Below the pieces are notes generated by a model. The model made no database searches. It saw only the letters and a list, made by a program, of their open reading frames with translations, and was not told the DNA's origin. A program made the position numbers and the translations under genes. DNA of 64,000 nt, taken from the NCBI RefSeq assembly GCF_009834535.1, contig NC_045697.1:70186001-70250000 (forward strand), in the 5' to 3' direction. Below are positions 37,666-51,279 of this stretch, piece after piece. How positions within the stretch are numbered: the stretch's first letter is position 1; the number at the start of each line of letters is the position of its first letter. The DNA is from Camelus ferus. Its lineage: Eukaryota.

Positions 37666-38969
37666 AAAATTTAAAAGAAATACAAGTGATTAATATCATA
37701 AATAGCAATGAAGGACCCACTTGGGTTCGACTCTGAGCTACAAAGGATGGAAGGATTGAGAGTTTAAGAAATAGTCCTCGTCCTGAGGGAGTTTCTAATT
37801 GAATATGGAAAAGATAATAAATACATACATAATCATGTATGGAAGTAAAGAAGATAAATACTGCAGGGGAAGCACACAGAGCTATATGATGGTGTGTGCT
37901 GAACGGGGATAAAGCCATATTTTGGAGGGTTTTTGACATGAAAAGGGCGATTAAACATATACTCACCATGTAATTAGTGCCACCCCAGATGCTTCACCTG
38001 CTCTCAGCAACCCGCAAGGTGGTCATGATTTCACCTCGCTAGTGAGCTCAGGGAAGGGCCCTAAGATGAGGGAGGATGTTTTAAGCCAATGGCAGATCCA
38101 GATCGGGGGGGGGGGGTCTGTTTGGGAGAATAGCTGTCTGTATTCAGCTCTGTCACTAACAGTATGTGCTTATCACCAAAGGAGTACCTCAAGACAGCCA
38201 AAGTATTAGCAGTCATGCTCAGAATCCCTCCCAGGGAAATCTTGCCCCATCGACGCACTGCTCCCTCCAGATGAGGGGTGTTCCCCCATGGTGGGGATGG
38301 CTCTTATCGCCTCTGGAGGAAACCTGCCCCCTAATCCAGAGCCATTGGTCCTAACACTTGGTAGGCCAGAGCCCTCTCTTCCCAGCCATGCGGCACTCCA
38401 GAGGGTGGGCTCTTAAAACACGCTGGGAGCGCAGGTCGGGGAGTTATGCTGAGTCCCGGTTTCAGGCAGAGAGCAAGAGAATTATCACAGAATGAGTATC
38501 AATCCTCCCTCCCTCCTCCACTACTACTTCAGGTCAGCTGCAGCAAACCTGTATTTTTGCCAAACTCTTCCTGGTCACACTGTGTTTTAAACACTAGCTT
38601 CCACCACACCCAAATTGGAGAAACAAGAACTGTGATTGCTACATTTCCTTATTTTGTTATAAATGTGTGTGTCCATACAAAAAAGCAAGTTATCTGTTTC
38701 CTGTCTTATCCCATCATCTAACATAAGGTATCTTAAAAATGGTCAACTTTCTATCACAGTATTTAAGCCACAGTGTATCAATGAGAAAAGTGAACATCAC
38801 CCAAGGACTTTGCATCCTCTTCTGGGGAAAAGGTTAACATGTTCTCAGGTGTATGCGGGATAGTTTTATCATGTTAAGCAGAAGTACGACTTGGTTACAG
38901 TCTTTATTTGGAGAGTAAACATGGTTTAAGAAGATGGGTACAGGTGCCAAGCTACAAGGGTAGACTGCA

Positions 38970-39340
38970 AAGGTGAGATTTATGTGTTAACTTGACGAAG
39001 CACCCAGTTACTTGATCAAACATGAACCTTGATGTTGGTATGAGGGTATTTCATAGATGTGCTTAATAACATCTACAATTCCCTGAATTTAAATAAAAGA
39101 GGTTATCCTCAATGATACGGGTAAGCCTCACCCAATCAGTTGAAAGGTCTTAAGGGCAAACAGGCTTCCATGGGGAAGAAATTCTGCCTGAAGACTGCAG
39201 CTTCAGCTCCTGCCTGAGATTTTTCAGCCTCCTGGCCTGCTCTACAGATTTTGGACTTGCCAATTTCCAAAAATCACATGAACAAGTTCCTTGAAATAAA
39301 TCTAATCCATATATATCCTACTGGTTGTTTCTTTAACAAA
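38970..39340 (+). mobile_element. MLT2 (ERVL) LTR
   Basis: tttatgtgttaacttgac...ccaatcagttgaaagg...gaagaaattctgcct...ttccttgaaataaatc. Confidence 0.8.
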
Positions 39341-40434
39341 CTCCAAACGATAAAACTTTCTTCCCCAAATACCTCATCACCACCTTATTATAAATTTTGC
39401 TGCTTGAAACATTTTATTTGTTTTTATTTTTAAAGTTACTTTAAATTATTTTTGAATAGTTAAAAAATTAAAAAAGTACAATGAAGTTTACAGTAAAAAG
39501 GAGCACTTTTGAGCTCTCTGTCCTCCAGGTACCTAGTTCCACTCTACAGAGGCCACCAATGTTACCAGGTTCTGTATATCTGCAGAGGTATCTATAACAT
39601 ACAAGCAAATATAAACATATGCATATACTGTCCCTTCCTATACACAAATTGTAGCACATCACACAGTTACACACAATGCTGTTTTCACTGGACACTGTTT
39701 TGATCTTTCCATATCAGTATCTAAAGTCTTATTCTTTTTTTCCACTAGGCAAATGTAGAAATTTCTTTATCTAATCCTCTGTGATTAGAGTGAACGTCTC
39801 ATTTCTTATCTAAAGTAGGACATTTGATAGCTGAAGGGAGCACTAATAACACAGAAAGAACAGCAGGTATAAACTGGCATTGTTAAGAAAAACAGACACA
39901 AAGGTCACTTTATGATGGATACTTAGATGGTTTCCAATCCTTTAATATTACTAAAGGCTGCAAACAAGCACAGTACCTGGCCGACCACCTCACCGCACAA
40001 CTCCAGAAGCTGCACTCACACACACACCATGCAAAATGCACCCTGGAGCACAGAAATATGATGTAAACTGCACTCCTCAGAATTCTGCAGTGTGGTAGCT
40101 TGGATGAATGGCACATAGTTGGTGCTCTGTGCCAGGTACCACTGGCAAACTCTGATTGTCAAAGAACCTCGAAAGAAATTAACCATGAAAGATGGACTAC
40201 ATTCTTGAAAATAAGCACATGCTAAACTGCAATACCAATTTCACAGAGATTAAATTAGGCTGGTGGACAAGACTTATTTTCCAACTGACAGTTTATGCTA
40301 GGTAAAACGGTCTCCAAACCAGACAAGAAACATTCACTACTTACTCATGTGGTTGAAAGAGTGAATTAAGTTAATTATAGTCTTTAAACTTTTGAAACCG
40401 GTCTGGGGGAAAAAACCTATACAGTGCTCAAACT

Positions 40435-41219
40435 GTACTTTTAAAAAATACTATTTTATTTATACTCATGTATGAAAAAAATGGCTATACTATCATGTTT
40501 ACATACATACCAATATTGGAAACAGAATTCAATAATGAATCATATCTAAATTTTATAAAGAACACACAAACATTAAAAAAAAACTGATTGGTTATAGAAA
40601 GCGGAGTGGAAGAAAAAACCATTAGCTATCATCTTCATTTCCATTAAAGAGCAGCACCCTCTGAGAAGAATCGAATCAATCAGTACTGCTCGCCTATACT
40701 GCAAAATAATATACACAAAGGAAAGTTAGTGATTGTACTGGTTTTATTACTTTTACTAAGCCATTTTATCTTCCTCACACTCAATGCAGAGAAAACAATA
40801 TGAAGAAAAATATGTACTCATTATTCACAATAAAAAGTCTGCTGCACTCTGCAGGCCTGGCGTACTGTACAACAGGGAGCACCTCACGGCTCAAGTGGAT
40901 CAAAGTACCATTTTGATTCTGACCCACCGAATAGACTCTCATGCATATTTGGTGACTGGACTAACTCCATGGGAGCTGGGATAGACTGAACCGTTTCTGT
41001 GGTATCCCCCAATCTCACTAAGAAAAGACTCTACACAAGAAAAGATAACAATCAATCTGTCCATAAAGTCTATCTATAGGCTCTGTCTTCAGTGTAAGCT
41101 GGCAAAGGGGGCCCTTTCTCGAGTACATGGACGCAGGTATTGTTGTGGTGTAAAGATTGCTGGATTGATACTGTGTCTGTTGTAATGAAGATAAGATACA
41201 CATTGAAACCACTGCCAGA
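40435..41219 (-). other. LAMTOR3: LAMTOR3 3' UTR (to a likely poly(A) site)
   Basis: Downstream of the TAA; minus-strand AATAAA at 40455-40460 followed by a GT/T-rich tract; a second AATAAA at 40743-40748. Longer UTR isoforms are possible. Confidence 0.6.
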
Positions 41220-41293
41220 TTAAGAAACTTCCACAACTTGTCTCAATTCTTCAAATAATGGAGCGAGTTCCTTTTCTAGGCTGACAATTAGTC
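41220..41293 (-). CDS. LAMTOR3: LAMTOR3 last coding exon 7
   Basis: Reverse complement: ttttag|GA CTA ATT GTC...GAA GTT TCT TAA; 74 nt; (G)LIVSLEKELAPLFEELRQVVEVS*. Confidence 0.97.
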
Positions 41294-42984
41294 CTAAAAC
41301 AAAGAGATAAAAAATTTTGAATATTAGAAAAATGCTTATCAAAATTAGTTACTGAAAAGTGGATGAGACATAGTTTTTTCTCCATAACTAAAAGAAAATA
41401 TTGTAATTCTAAATAAAGTAACCAAAAAAATCTGTATTCATTATGAAGTTTATTTCCATCATCTATTACTAAAGTAAATAAATGAAAATATTTATATGTA
41501 TTAGAAGATATAAAATGAATTATATATATGCTATAATTTTGCTAGTTTTGAAAGGAAGATGTTAATTTACACCTTATTATTTAAAATCTAATTCAGGAAT
41601 AATATACACGATTTTTACTAAAAAAGGTACACTTTTTTCCTGAGCCAATTTTAAACAACTTTATCAAAAGATAGGTAGATAGTAAAGAAATAATCAGGTA
41701 TTTATTATATAAATTAAATAAAGCTAAGGCATAAAGGTATTTCAAAAGAAAAAAAAATTAAAGACACTTGGTATGAGTATAAAACATACACTTCCATGTT
41801 TGAAAAGACACAAACTAGTCTGGAAATTTGCATATCTAGCTTCTCCTTAGTTTACCAGAGTAGAAGGCTAGATATCTTAAATACTGCTTGTTCTATGCTC
41901 AAAGATCTTCCACCATCTCACAGAGCATTAAAAGCAGCTGGGGTTCTCAAGGAACTGTTCTAAGTAATAGACATATAACTCTGCACATTATCATAATTTG
42001 TAACAGCTGATGATTTTATAATGTGATAGTGTTTGATCACAATTGAGGTTTAATATACTTAAAATTTTGACATCACTATCCTAAGCAATTTACAAAATGT
42101 TTTCATATATAGTATTTTACAGCTTCAAAACATTTAGAAATGGAAGAGACCTAGCAGACCATCAAATCTAAACCTCTCATTTTAAAGATGAGGATCTAAA
42201 GATAGGCTTCAGTGACACACCTAGAAATAGAACTGGCTTTGGAAATCAAAAAACAGAAGAGCAATGTACGACAGTTCTGAACAGCAGTTAAATCTGAAGG
42301 AGACAAATCTTAAAAAATTCCACTTTAACCAAAAGAGAGTTCAAAACAAAACAAACTACAATTCAATTGAATACTGTCATTATTTTACACATAAATAAGC
42401 AGTGAAGGTTACTGGGTATGGTGAGATCCTACTATCCTCCTTAGAAAGTACAGCTTCCTGGTGTCCTCAAATTCCTCAACTCTCAAAAATACAAATATGT
42501 TTATCCTACTCATCTTTAAATTCTCAATCAGATTCATCTTGCCCACTACAGTTCAAGATTTTAAAAATTCTAGTCTATACGTGATTGAACTCATCCTTGA
42601 TTATTTTTATGTGTTTTGCTTGGTTATCTTTTCTATTCTCTTTTTGTTTTCTTAAACTGCTATAATGTTACAAAGATATCGCATTCAAGAAATGAAGATA
42701 ATTTAATTTCCTTTCTACCTTAAACAATCACTGACCTATACACTGTCTCATTTGAACTAAAAAATAATCCCATAAGATGGAGAAAGCAGATATTAGCTCC
42801 ATCACGCAGATATGGAAAACAGAATTCAGGGAAGTTACACTTCCAGAGATCAAGGAATAGATGGCAGAGCTGGGCCACAAGTTCAGGTTTTCTTACTCTA
42901 AACCTGCCATTCCTATCATATCAGACTATTCAGATGTGGCATTTTAAAGAATTAAAAATTATATTTAAGGTAATTGAAACACAC

Positions 42985-43048
42985 CTGTATTGGCATTGCT
43001 GCTGGCAATGAAACTCACCACCAAAGGTAAACGATTGAACTGAACCAC
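42985..43048 (-). CDS. LAMTOR3: LAMTOR3 exon 6
   Basis: Reverse complement: tttttag|GTG GTT CAG...AAT ACA G|gtgtgt; 64 nt; VVQFNRLPLVVSFIASSNANT. Confidence 0.97.
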
Positions 43049-44175
43049 CTAAAAAGAGAATAAGATCTCTTATTATGTTATGTTACATAGGAAATAGGAT
43101 AATTCAAATGAAATGTCCTGATCTTTCAAAAAACTTTAAATGGTCGATGTGTAAGATACTAGTCTCACATGGTATATTACACCATGAAACATAAAAGACC
43201 TGAAAATAAGTTTTTCCATAAAACAGACTTTTGATTATCTCTTAGAGACATTAATACACTTAGCCTGGAAAGTTTTTAAGGTAGGGCTGAGTCTTCATCT
43301 TTCTATCTTCTAAAGCCCTGCAGAGTGTCAATTACATAATAGGGGCTCAATAAATATTTGATAATTAAATAGCTAAAGGCAGTACTTCTCAGTTATTCAC
43401 GGGGTTATAATGTCATGCTTTTTTGCCTCCTGTGTACCACTACAATTTAAATTAATTTAAATTTAAATTAACTTTGAATCAACCATCTTTCTAAAACTTA
43501 GCTTCAACCTAACCTTTATTGGTTAAATGAAAGGTCAGGTGGGCTGATTATCTTTTGCCTAACATGCATAAAATATATAACTTTTAAAATAAAAAATGTC
43601 CCTTATGCATCATCAGTAGTACATAACTTATACTCTGGGAAACACTGCTCTAAAGCAGAAGCTACTCATTCATTTTAAAGAAGAATATCCAGCTAGATCA
43701 AGAGATATGTAGCAACTAATTTCTTTCTCACAAATAATAACCTCACTTACTTTATATGTATATTTAAGGCCAACTGAAGGAATTAGTAGCAATAACAAAG
43801 TTGAATAACTTACCATTTGACTTTCAAGAGAAAGTCTGTATGCCACAACAACAATTAAAAACGTGTGTCAGTTAAGAAATCAGTTGTTAAGCTAAGGGCA
43901 CCATCTACTGGAGGTAACAGTGACCTGACTTAACCTTTTTAGGATAACACTTTACTATTACATCTCTTTATCTAATTGTCCATATTAATTGATTCTTGAT
44001 GTAAAATGTGAAAAAAAGATTACTATAGGTTAACAACCAATTTGAAGGCTAAGATTTAAAAATTCCACCACTTGGAACACTAAAATTTAGAATTACAAAA
44101 TAAGCTCTTTTATACAGAAGACATAACAATGATAGCTGAAATCATCAGTGAACCACTCGGTGATTATGAACTTAC

Positions 44176-44309
44176 CTGGTATGTGTTATAGTAACAGATG
44201 ATACTTTTATTTTTTGAAAGTCCAAGTTTGCTCCCTTGGTCTGTTGCCAGGGCAAAAGTGGACAAGAAACCAGGTCTCAAAGCATGCTCTGGGGCATTAT
44301 CATTGGCCA
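44176..44309 (-). CDS. LAMTOR3: LAMTOR3 exon 5
   Basis: Reverse complement: ttacag|TG GCC AAT...TAC CAG|gtaagt; 134 nt; (V)ANDNAPEHALRPGFLSTFALATDQGSKLGLSKNKSIICYYNTYQ. Confidence 0.97.
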
Positions 44310-45445
44310 CTGTAAATATAAGTGATTCAAGTAAAAATTATGCAGACTTGGTAGGGAAAATGTTTACAGCACTTAAAAAAAAACCATAAATCTGTAAAAA
44401 AAAAATCGAGCACAAGGGTTATGCTTAACAATACTGAAAATCGTATTACTAATTGGGTCTCATCAAGTTAGGTGGGAAAAACCACTCAATCAGAAATCAG
44501 GTGATCATAACTAAGGGAAGAAATGCTGATTCTCATTATTTTCTTTTTAATTTTCAAAAGAATACTAAATGTTTCTATTTTCTTAATATCTCTCTTAGAA
44601 CACAGATTATGATTATCAGTACAATTAATAAACTGAATATTCTGGTTAACTGAGAGCAAAGCTAGAATAACAAAAAGAGCTTCAAAAACCTTTTTGCTCT
44701 TCTAAAATCCACAGAAATATCTGTTTTAAGTTTCTTTCACTCACTAAAAGCTCTAAGTGGAGTTAATTGTACCAATAAGTGCAGAGCTTAAGGCTTTAAT
44801 ACAGATCCCCAGAAAGAACATTACAGCTGGAAAATCTCGGAGATTATTTTGTTCCAAGTCCTCGTTACAGAACTGAGAAAAGGTGAGTGACCTGTCCATG
44901 GCCACCTACGTTTTATGTTGGATTAGAGAGCCCATTGGACCACACATCAGGAGATAACAGGTTCTATAATTATTTTGTCACTGACTCATATGCAACTCTG
45001 GACTGAAAATGCACTCTTTGCACTTGACCATTTTCATTTACAAAATGAAAGAACTAAATTAGGTGACTTCTAAACTTTCTTTCAATTCTGAAATCTGAAA
45101 TTATCTGACATATATGGTAACCCCAGGTGGAAAATAAATTGCAAATAAAATATGCAGAACATTATATAATCTTTCTGTGACAGCATATATGCTTTAAATA
45201 AAAAGCTAAAACTCAGGTAGAAACCTTTTTTTTTTTAAAGGTTAACAAGAAATTTTTTAGGCAAAAATTCTTGTTAGATTCAGGTTAACTAAAGCATTGT
45301 GAAGTTAAAAGTTTAAAAAAAACCTTATTTCCAATAAGGAAGCAGAAAATCAGGAAAGAGCAAACAACACAATAAACTTATGTTGATTCAAATGTATGAA
45401 TGCTTATCCTAAAATCCTAAAACTATTAGTAATGTTGATAATTAC

Positions 45446-45471
45446 ATATATATATATATATATATATATAT
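45446..45471. repeat. (TA)n microsatellite
   Basis: Direct reading. Confidence 0.9.
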
Positions 45472-45567
45472 TAGGCGGAGTCTGTGTGTATAATATCTAG
45501 CTGCATATATGCTCACTCTCATCACTTAGATTTACTAATAGTTTACCTTATACCATAAAATGCTTTT

Positions 45568-45613
45568 TGTTTTTAACATTTTTTTTATTGAGTTATAGTC
45601 ATTTTACAATGTT
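45568..45613 (-). mobile_element. Ultra-short L1 3' tip with 14-bp TSD
   Basis: ttttttttattgagttatagtcattttacaatgtt; TSD cataaaatgctttt (45554-45567) / cataaaatgttttt (45614-45627). Confidence 0.75.
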
Positions 45614-45874
45614 CATAAAATGTTTTTAATGGGAAACAGGGCCTATGATAAACCCATACTTAAACTCCGGACGATATCATGATACATTTGATACATAAGT
45701 TATTTAAGATTCCAACCCAGCCTTCAACTTATAGCAAAATTTCCTCCCAAACTAAGAACATCTCCTGAATGTACTGAAATGGGTTGTCTATGGTTGCCTT
45801 CTATTCTACTCAGATATAAATACATTTTCACTCAAAAGCAAACATGACACTGGCAGGTAACTGCTCCGTTTTAC

Positions 45875-45933
45875 CTTTAATGACAGGCACTCCATCTCTA
45901 TCTGACACAACAATAGCGTGGAGCCCTTCAACA
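45875..45933 (-). CDS. LAMTOR3: LAMTOR3 exon 4
   Basis: Reverse complement: ttctag|T GTT GAA GGG...ATT AAA G|gtaaaa; 59 nt; (S)VEGLHAIVVSDRDGVPVIK. Confidence 0.97.
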
Positions 45934-46800
45934 CTAGAAAAAAAGGTTAAAATATTATAAAACATTTTCTCAAAACATGTACCTCAAAGTCATAATGGTA
46001 ATTTTCATGTATATTTCTGAAACATCAAGAGAACTCTATTACTGATATAAGCTCCTATAATGGGTTTGCCAAAATTCTTCTACCATAACAAGCAAAAACA
46101 GACACAGCTGCTGTCTTCACAAAACTTACAATCTAAAAGGGGAGCAGTTATCAGTCAAATAACCTCACACAAACCACATCTGTGGGAAATGCCATTAAGA
46201 GCCATGAGGGGATATGAGGGCCTAATAAAAGGGGGGGCTGTTTAGACAGGGTCGGGGAAGGCTTGCCTGAGGAAGTGATTATCTCAGCTCAGATGCTATG
46301 GTGCCAAGAAGAGAGGGGCAGAAAGATGGATGCAGGCTGAGGGAACAGGGCAGAAAGAATGGAGGTCATGCAGCAATCCTTTCAGCCCTGCCTACACACG
46401 AAGTAAGCAGAACAGTCAAGACTTCAGCTCTGAAGTCAGAAAATCCTGGGTGCCAGTCCAAGCTCTGGCACGTACTATTTATGCTACCTTGTGTCAGTTA
46501 CAAAGCCTCTCCAAGTCTTAGTCAACAATATGAAAATGAGGATAATTGTACTTACTTGGCTACTGTGAAATTTAATAAAATAATGCATGTAAAATAGAGG
46601 CTGGTTTTTACAGTTAACATTCAAAACTGTTAACATCAGTGTTGTCATTTGTGTACACTGATAATGACACAATTTATCACTGCAGTTTAAATACTAAATT
46701 ATTAGCGAGAATCCCTAGAGTACAAAAAATGTTAAATGTTATAATGGAGAAACATTCTCAAATTTTCATAATTTACACAAAACCTATGGCTTATTAACTA

Positions 46801-49152
46801 CAGGCATCCCTCATTTTACTGTGCTTCATTTTACTGAGCTTTTTACAACCCTGCGTGGAGCAAGTCTATGGGCACTTTTCCAACAGCATTTGCTCACTTC
46901 CTGCCTCTGTGTCACATTTTGGTAATTCTCGCCATATTTCAAACTGTTTCACTACTACCATATTTGCTATGGTGACCTGTGATACGTGGTCTCTGATGTT
47001 ACTATTGTTAATTATTTCAGGGTGCCACAAACTGTGCCCACACAGGATGGTGAACTTAACTGATAAAGCTGTGTGTTCTGACGACTTCAGTGACTGGCAA
47101 TTCTCTCATCTCCCTCTCCTCATGCCTTCCTATTCCCTGAGACCCAATAAGACTGAAATTAGGCCAGTTAGTAACCCCACAGTGGCCTCTAAATTTTCAA
47201 GTGAAAGAAGAGTCGCACATCTCTCATTCTAAGTCAAGAGCTAGAAATGATTAAGCTCAGTGAGGAAGCATCTTAAAAGCTGAGACAGGCCAAAAGCTAG
47301 GCCTCCTATGTCAGTCAAGCTGTGAATTTAAAGTTCTTAAAAAAAAAAACAAAAAACAAAAAACTGCTCCTCCAGTGAATACAGGAATGATCAGAAAGCA
47401 AAACAGCCTTATTGCTGCTATGCAGAAAGTTGTAGCGGTCTGGTTAGAAGATCAAGCCAGCCACAACGTTCCCTGGAGTTAAAGCCTAATCCAGAGCAAG
47501 GCCCTAACTCTGTTCAATCCTATGAAGGCTGAGAGAGGTGAGGGACCTGCAGAAGAAAAATCTGAAACCAGCAGAGGTTGACCCATGAAGTTTAAGGAAA
47601 GAAGGCATCTCCGTAATATAAAAGTACAAGAGGAAGCAGCAAGTAGATGTAGAGGCTGCAGCGGCTTATCCAAAAGATCTAATTAACATAACTAATGCAG
47701 GTGGCTGCACTAACAACAGACTTTCAATGTAGATGAAACAGCCTTTTATTGGAAGAAGATGCCTCTAGGACTTTCATAGCTAGAGAGGAGAAGTCAATGC
47801 TTGGCTTCAAAGCTTCACAAGACAGACTGACTCTCTTGTTAGGGGCTAATGCACCTGGTGACTTTAAGTTGAAGCCAATATTGATTTACCATTCTGAAAA
47901 TCCTAGGGCCCTTAGGAATTAAGCTGCATCTAATCTGCTTGTGCTCTATAAATGGAACAGCAAAGCCTGGATGACAGCACATCTGTTCACAAAATGGTTT
48001 ACTGAGTATGTTACCACACTGTTGAGATCTACCGCTCAGAAAAAAAGATTCCTTTCAAAATATGACTGCTCATTGACAATGCACCTGGTCACCCAAGCAC
48101 TGACGGAGACGTACAATAAGTCACTTTGTTTTCATGCTAACACAATATCCATTCTGCAGCCCATGGATCATGGAGTACTTTCGACTTTTGAGTCTTACTA
48201 ATTAAGAAATACAATCCATAAGGCTATATAGCTGCCATAGACAGTGATTTCTCTGATAGATTCAGGCAAAGTAAATTGAAAACCTCCTGGAAAGGATTCA
48301 CCATTTTAGATGCAATTAAGAACATTCACGATTCTTGGGAAGATATCAAAATATCAACATTCACAGGAGTTTGGAAGAAGCTGATTCCAATCCTAATGGA
48401 GGACTCTGAGGGGTTGCAGACTTCAGGGGAAGAAGTTAAGTCAGACATTGTGATACAGCAAGAGAAGTGGAGCCTGAAGATGTGACTGAACTGCTGCAAT
48501 CTCGTGATAAAATTTTAATGGATGAGCAGCTGCTTTTTATGGATGAGCAAAGAAAGTGGTTTCCTGAGATGGCATCTACTCCTGGTGAAGATACTGTAAA
48601 GATTGCTGAAATGACAGCAAAGAATTTGAAAAAACTTAGCTGATAAAGCAGTGGCAGGGTACGAGAAGACTGACTCCAATTTTGAAAGAAGTTCTACTGT
48701 GGGTAAAATGCTGTCAAACAGTACTGCATGCTTCAAAGAAAGTGTTTGTGAAAGAAGAGTCAATTAATGTGGTAAGCCTCATTGTTGTCTTATTTTAAGA
48801 AACTGTCACAGCCACTCAAACCTTCAGCAACTACCACCCAGATCAGTCAGTAGCCATCAATATCAAGGCAAGACCCTCCACCAGCACAAACATTATGACT
48901 TGCTGAAGGCTCAGATGATGGTTAGTGGTTTTTTAGCAACAGGGTATTTTTTATTTAAGTTATGTACACTGTTTTGTTTTGTTTTGTTTTTTAGTAAAAA
49001 TACTACCACACACATAACAGACTACAGTGTAGTATAAACATAACTTCTATGTGCACTGGGACACCAGAAAAATTTGTGACTAACTTTATTACAATATTTG
49101 CTTTATTGTGGTGGTTTGGAACCAAACCCACAGTATCTCTGAGGTATGCCTG
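46801..49152 (+). mobile_element. Near-full-length Tigger1 (TcMar-Tigger) DNA transposon with disrupted transposase
   Basis: TA|caggcatccctc ... gaggtatgcctg|TA terminal inverted repeats and TA TSD; transposase fragments in track ORFs ([47 protein letters not shown]) and [14 protein letters not shown] at about 47722; frameshifts and stops. Confidence 0.95.
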
Positions 49153-49842
49153 TATCTTATAATATAGGTAGACTGCAACTCAGAAATATGTTTAATGTCC
49201 TATTATATATTAGAATTATCCACTCCTTAGTGTGTTAACCTTAATTTTTCAATTTAGGAATGAGGAATTTTAATACTAATTTAATGTGCAGATACTGAAA
49301 TTAAATTTTTAAAATATCCCATTGTCAAAAATTTTAAAGCCAGAGAAGCGTGCTTAAAATTCAAGTAGAAAATGTTACAAACAAAACCATTTATTTCCCT
49401 CATATTTAAAAGAAGAATGATGAAAAAATTGTGTATAAATATTTACTGGCATTATTTTCTATTATTCAATCTTGAAACTATAGATTAAAACATATACTAT
49501 AAAATCAATACATAAAAACAAATATATATTTCAAAGTTAAAAACGAGGCTATATGAAAATATCCAACAGATACTTGTACATATGCAAATAACTTTGTGCA
49601 GCTATCAGTAGCAATACTGCTTGAAGTTGGAAAAAATTGGAAACCTAACTGTCTATCAATAAGGACAAAATAAATAAGTTATGACACACATATACAATGG
49701 AATATTCTGCAACCACTAAGAGCTTTTCATGTACTGAGAGGGACTGCCCTCAAAGTTACACTGTTAAGTGAAAAAATACACATTTTGAATAGTGTATGTA
49801 AGAAACAACTTACAAAATAACGTGTAGACATGTGAGTTTACA

Positions 49843-50200
49843 TGTTGCAATGGACTGAACGTTTGCCATCACCCACAGAATTCATATGTTGAAACCCTAA
49901 TCCCAGGGTGCTGTTATTTGAAGGTGGGGCCTTTGGGAGGCAACTAGGTTATCAGGGTGAAGCCCTCAAGAATGGGATTAGCAGCTTTATCAGAGGCCAG
50001 AGAGCTAGCCCTCTTTCCACTGTGTGAGGATTTGAGAGGTCAGTAATCTGCAACCTGGGAAGAGGGTCCTCACAATAACCCGACCATGCTGGCACCCTGA
50101 TCTCAGACTTCTGGACTCCAGGAACTGTGAGAAATAAATTTCTGTTGTTTATAAGAAATCCAGCCTATGGTACTTTGTTATAGCAGCCTGAACTAAGATA
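49843..50200 (+). mobile_element. MLT1A0-like LTR inserted in an old L1 fossil (about 49400-50390)
   Basis: atggactgaacgtttg...aattcatatgttgaaaccctaatccc...ctttgttatagcagcctgaactaagata. Confidence 0.85.
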
Positions 50201-51066
50201 TATGCATATGTGTGCAAACATGTGTGCTAGTATACGTTTGCTTGTAGATGCATAAACCATCTCTGAAGGTAACGATGGGGTGCCTTGGAGACGGCACTGT
50301 AAGGGTGGTAGAGAAAGCTTCTCACTCTATGTCCTTCAGTTAACTTTCGAATCTTGAGCTTTATCAATATATTGCCTACTTAAAAAATAAGCCAACTGAA
50401 AAACAGGTAAAGAGTACTACAAAAATGTTTAGAAATACTTGTACCATCATTTTTTCTTATTTTCATGGTAACTAATTTAAAGGCCAATTAAAACACCAAA
50501 ACAGGAAGAAATAAAAGGATTTTCTTTTTAATGGATTTCAAATTCAGAGATAAAAGTTCAACAAAGGAGAAAAATGACTCATAAAGGACCCATTTAAAGA
50601 AATCAGGTCACAAATAAAAAAGGTATTTCCAATTCTACACAGAGTGAACAAAGAAAAACATGAATACATTTTACTAATAATTGAAAAGAACTATGATGTA
50701 TTAATAGGTACACTACACTTTTAGAAGGAATAAATTAAATTTTATGAAATATCCTGTAGAAATCTAAACCTTAGGCTTACCAAAACAAACATTTTTATCT
50801 CCAAAAAGCAAATGTTACATTAGTAATCAAGGACCTCATACTTAGTTTTACTCATACAATGATGAAACATTTGGTTATTTTAAAACACAAAAAATTGTGA
50901 TTATTAAAGCTTGAAACTGCTTTGGGTCACAACTAGATTTTAAAATACAAATTAAAGAACTCTAACAGAGAATTAAAAAATGAACAAAAGCACATTCCAT
51001 TCACATGCAGTTCTCTGACTTGGTGTTTTTCAAAGTCATGGCAGTAACAAAAGCATGGACCCACAA

Positions 51067-51279
51067 GATAGAGGTAGGGGATTAAGAGCTACAAACTATT
51101 ATGTATAAAATAAGCTACAAAGATATATTGTAAAATGCAGGGACTATAGACTATATTTTATAATAACTATAAAAGGAGTAAAACCTTTAAAAATTGTAAG
51201 TCACTATATTGTACACCTGTAACTTACACATTGTACATCAATTATATTTCAATTTTAAAAAGTTATTCTTAAGAAAAGA
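51067..51279 (+). mobile_element. 5'-truncated LINE-1 3' end with perfect 18-bp TSD
   Basis: TSD aaaagcatggacccacaa at 51049-51066 and 51280-51297; L1 3' UTR tacaaactattatgtataaaataagctacaaagatatattg. Confidence 0.9.

Noticed and set aside
47182..48770. Domesticated Tigger-derived (TIGD-like) gene
   Set aside because: Multiple frameshifts and stops; the consensus ATG reads GTG; intact TIRs and TA TSD indicate an ordinary fossil
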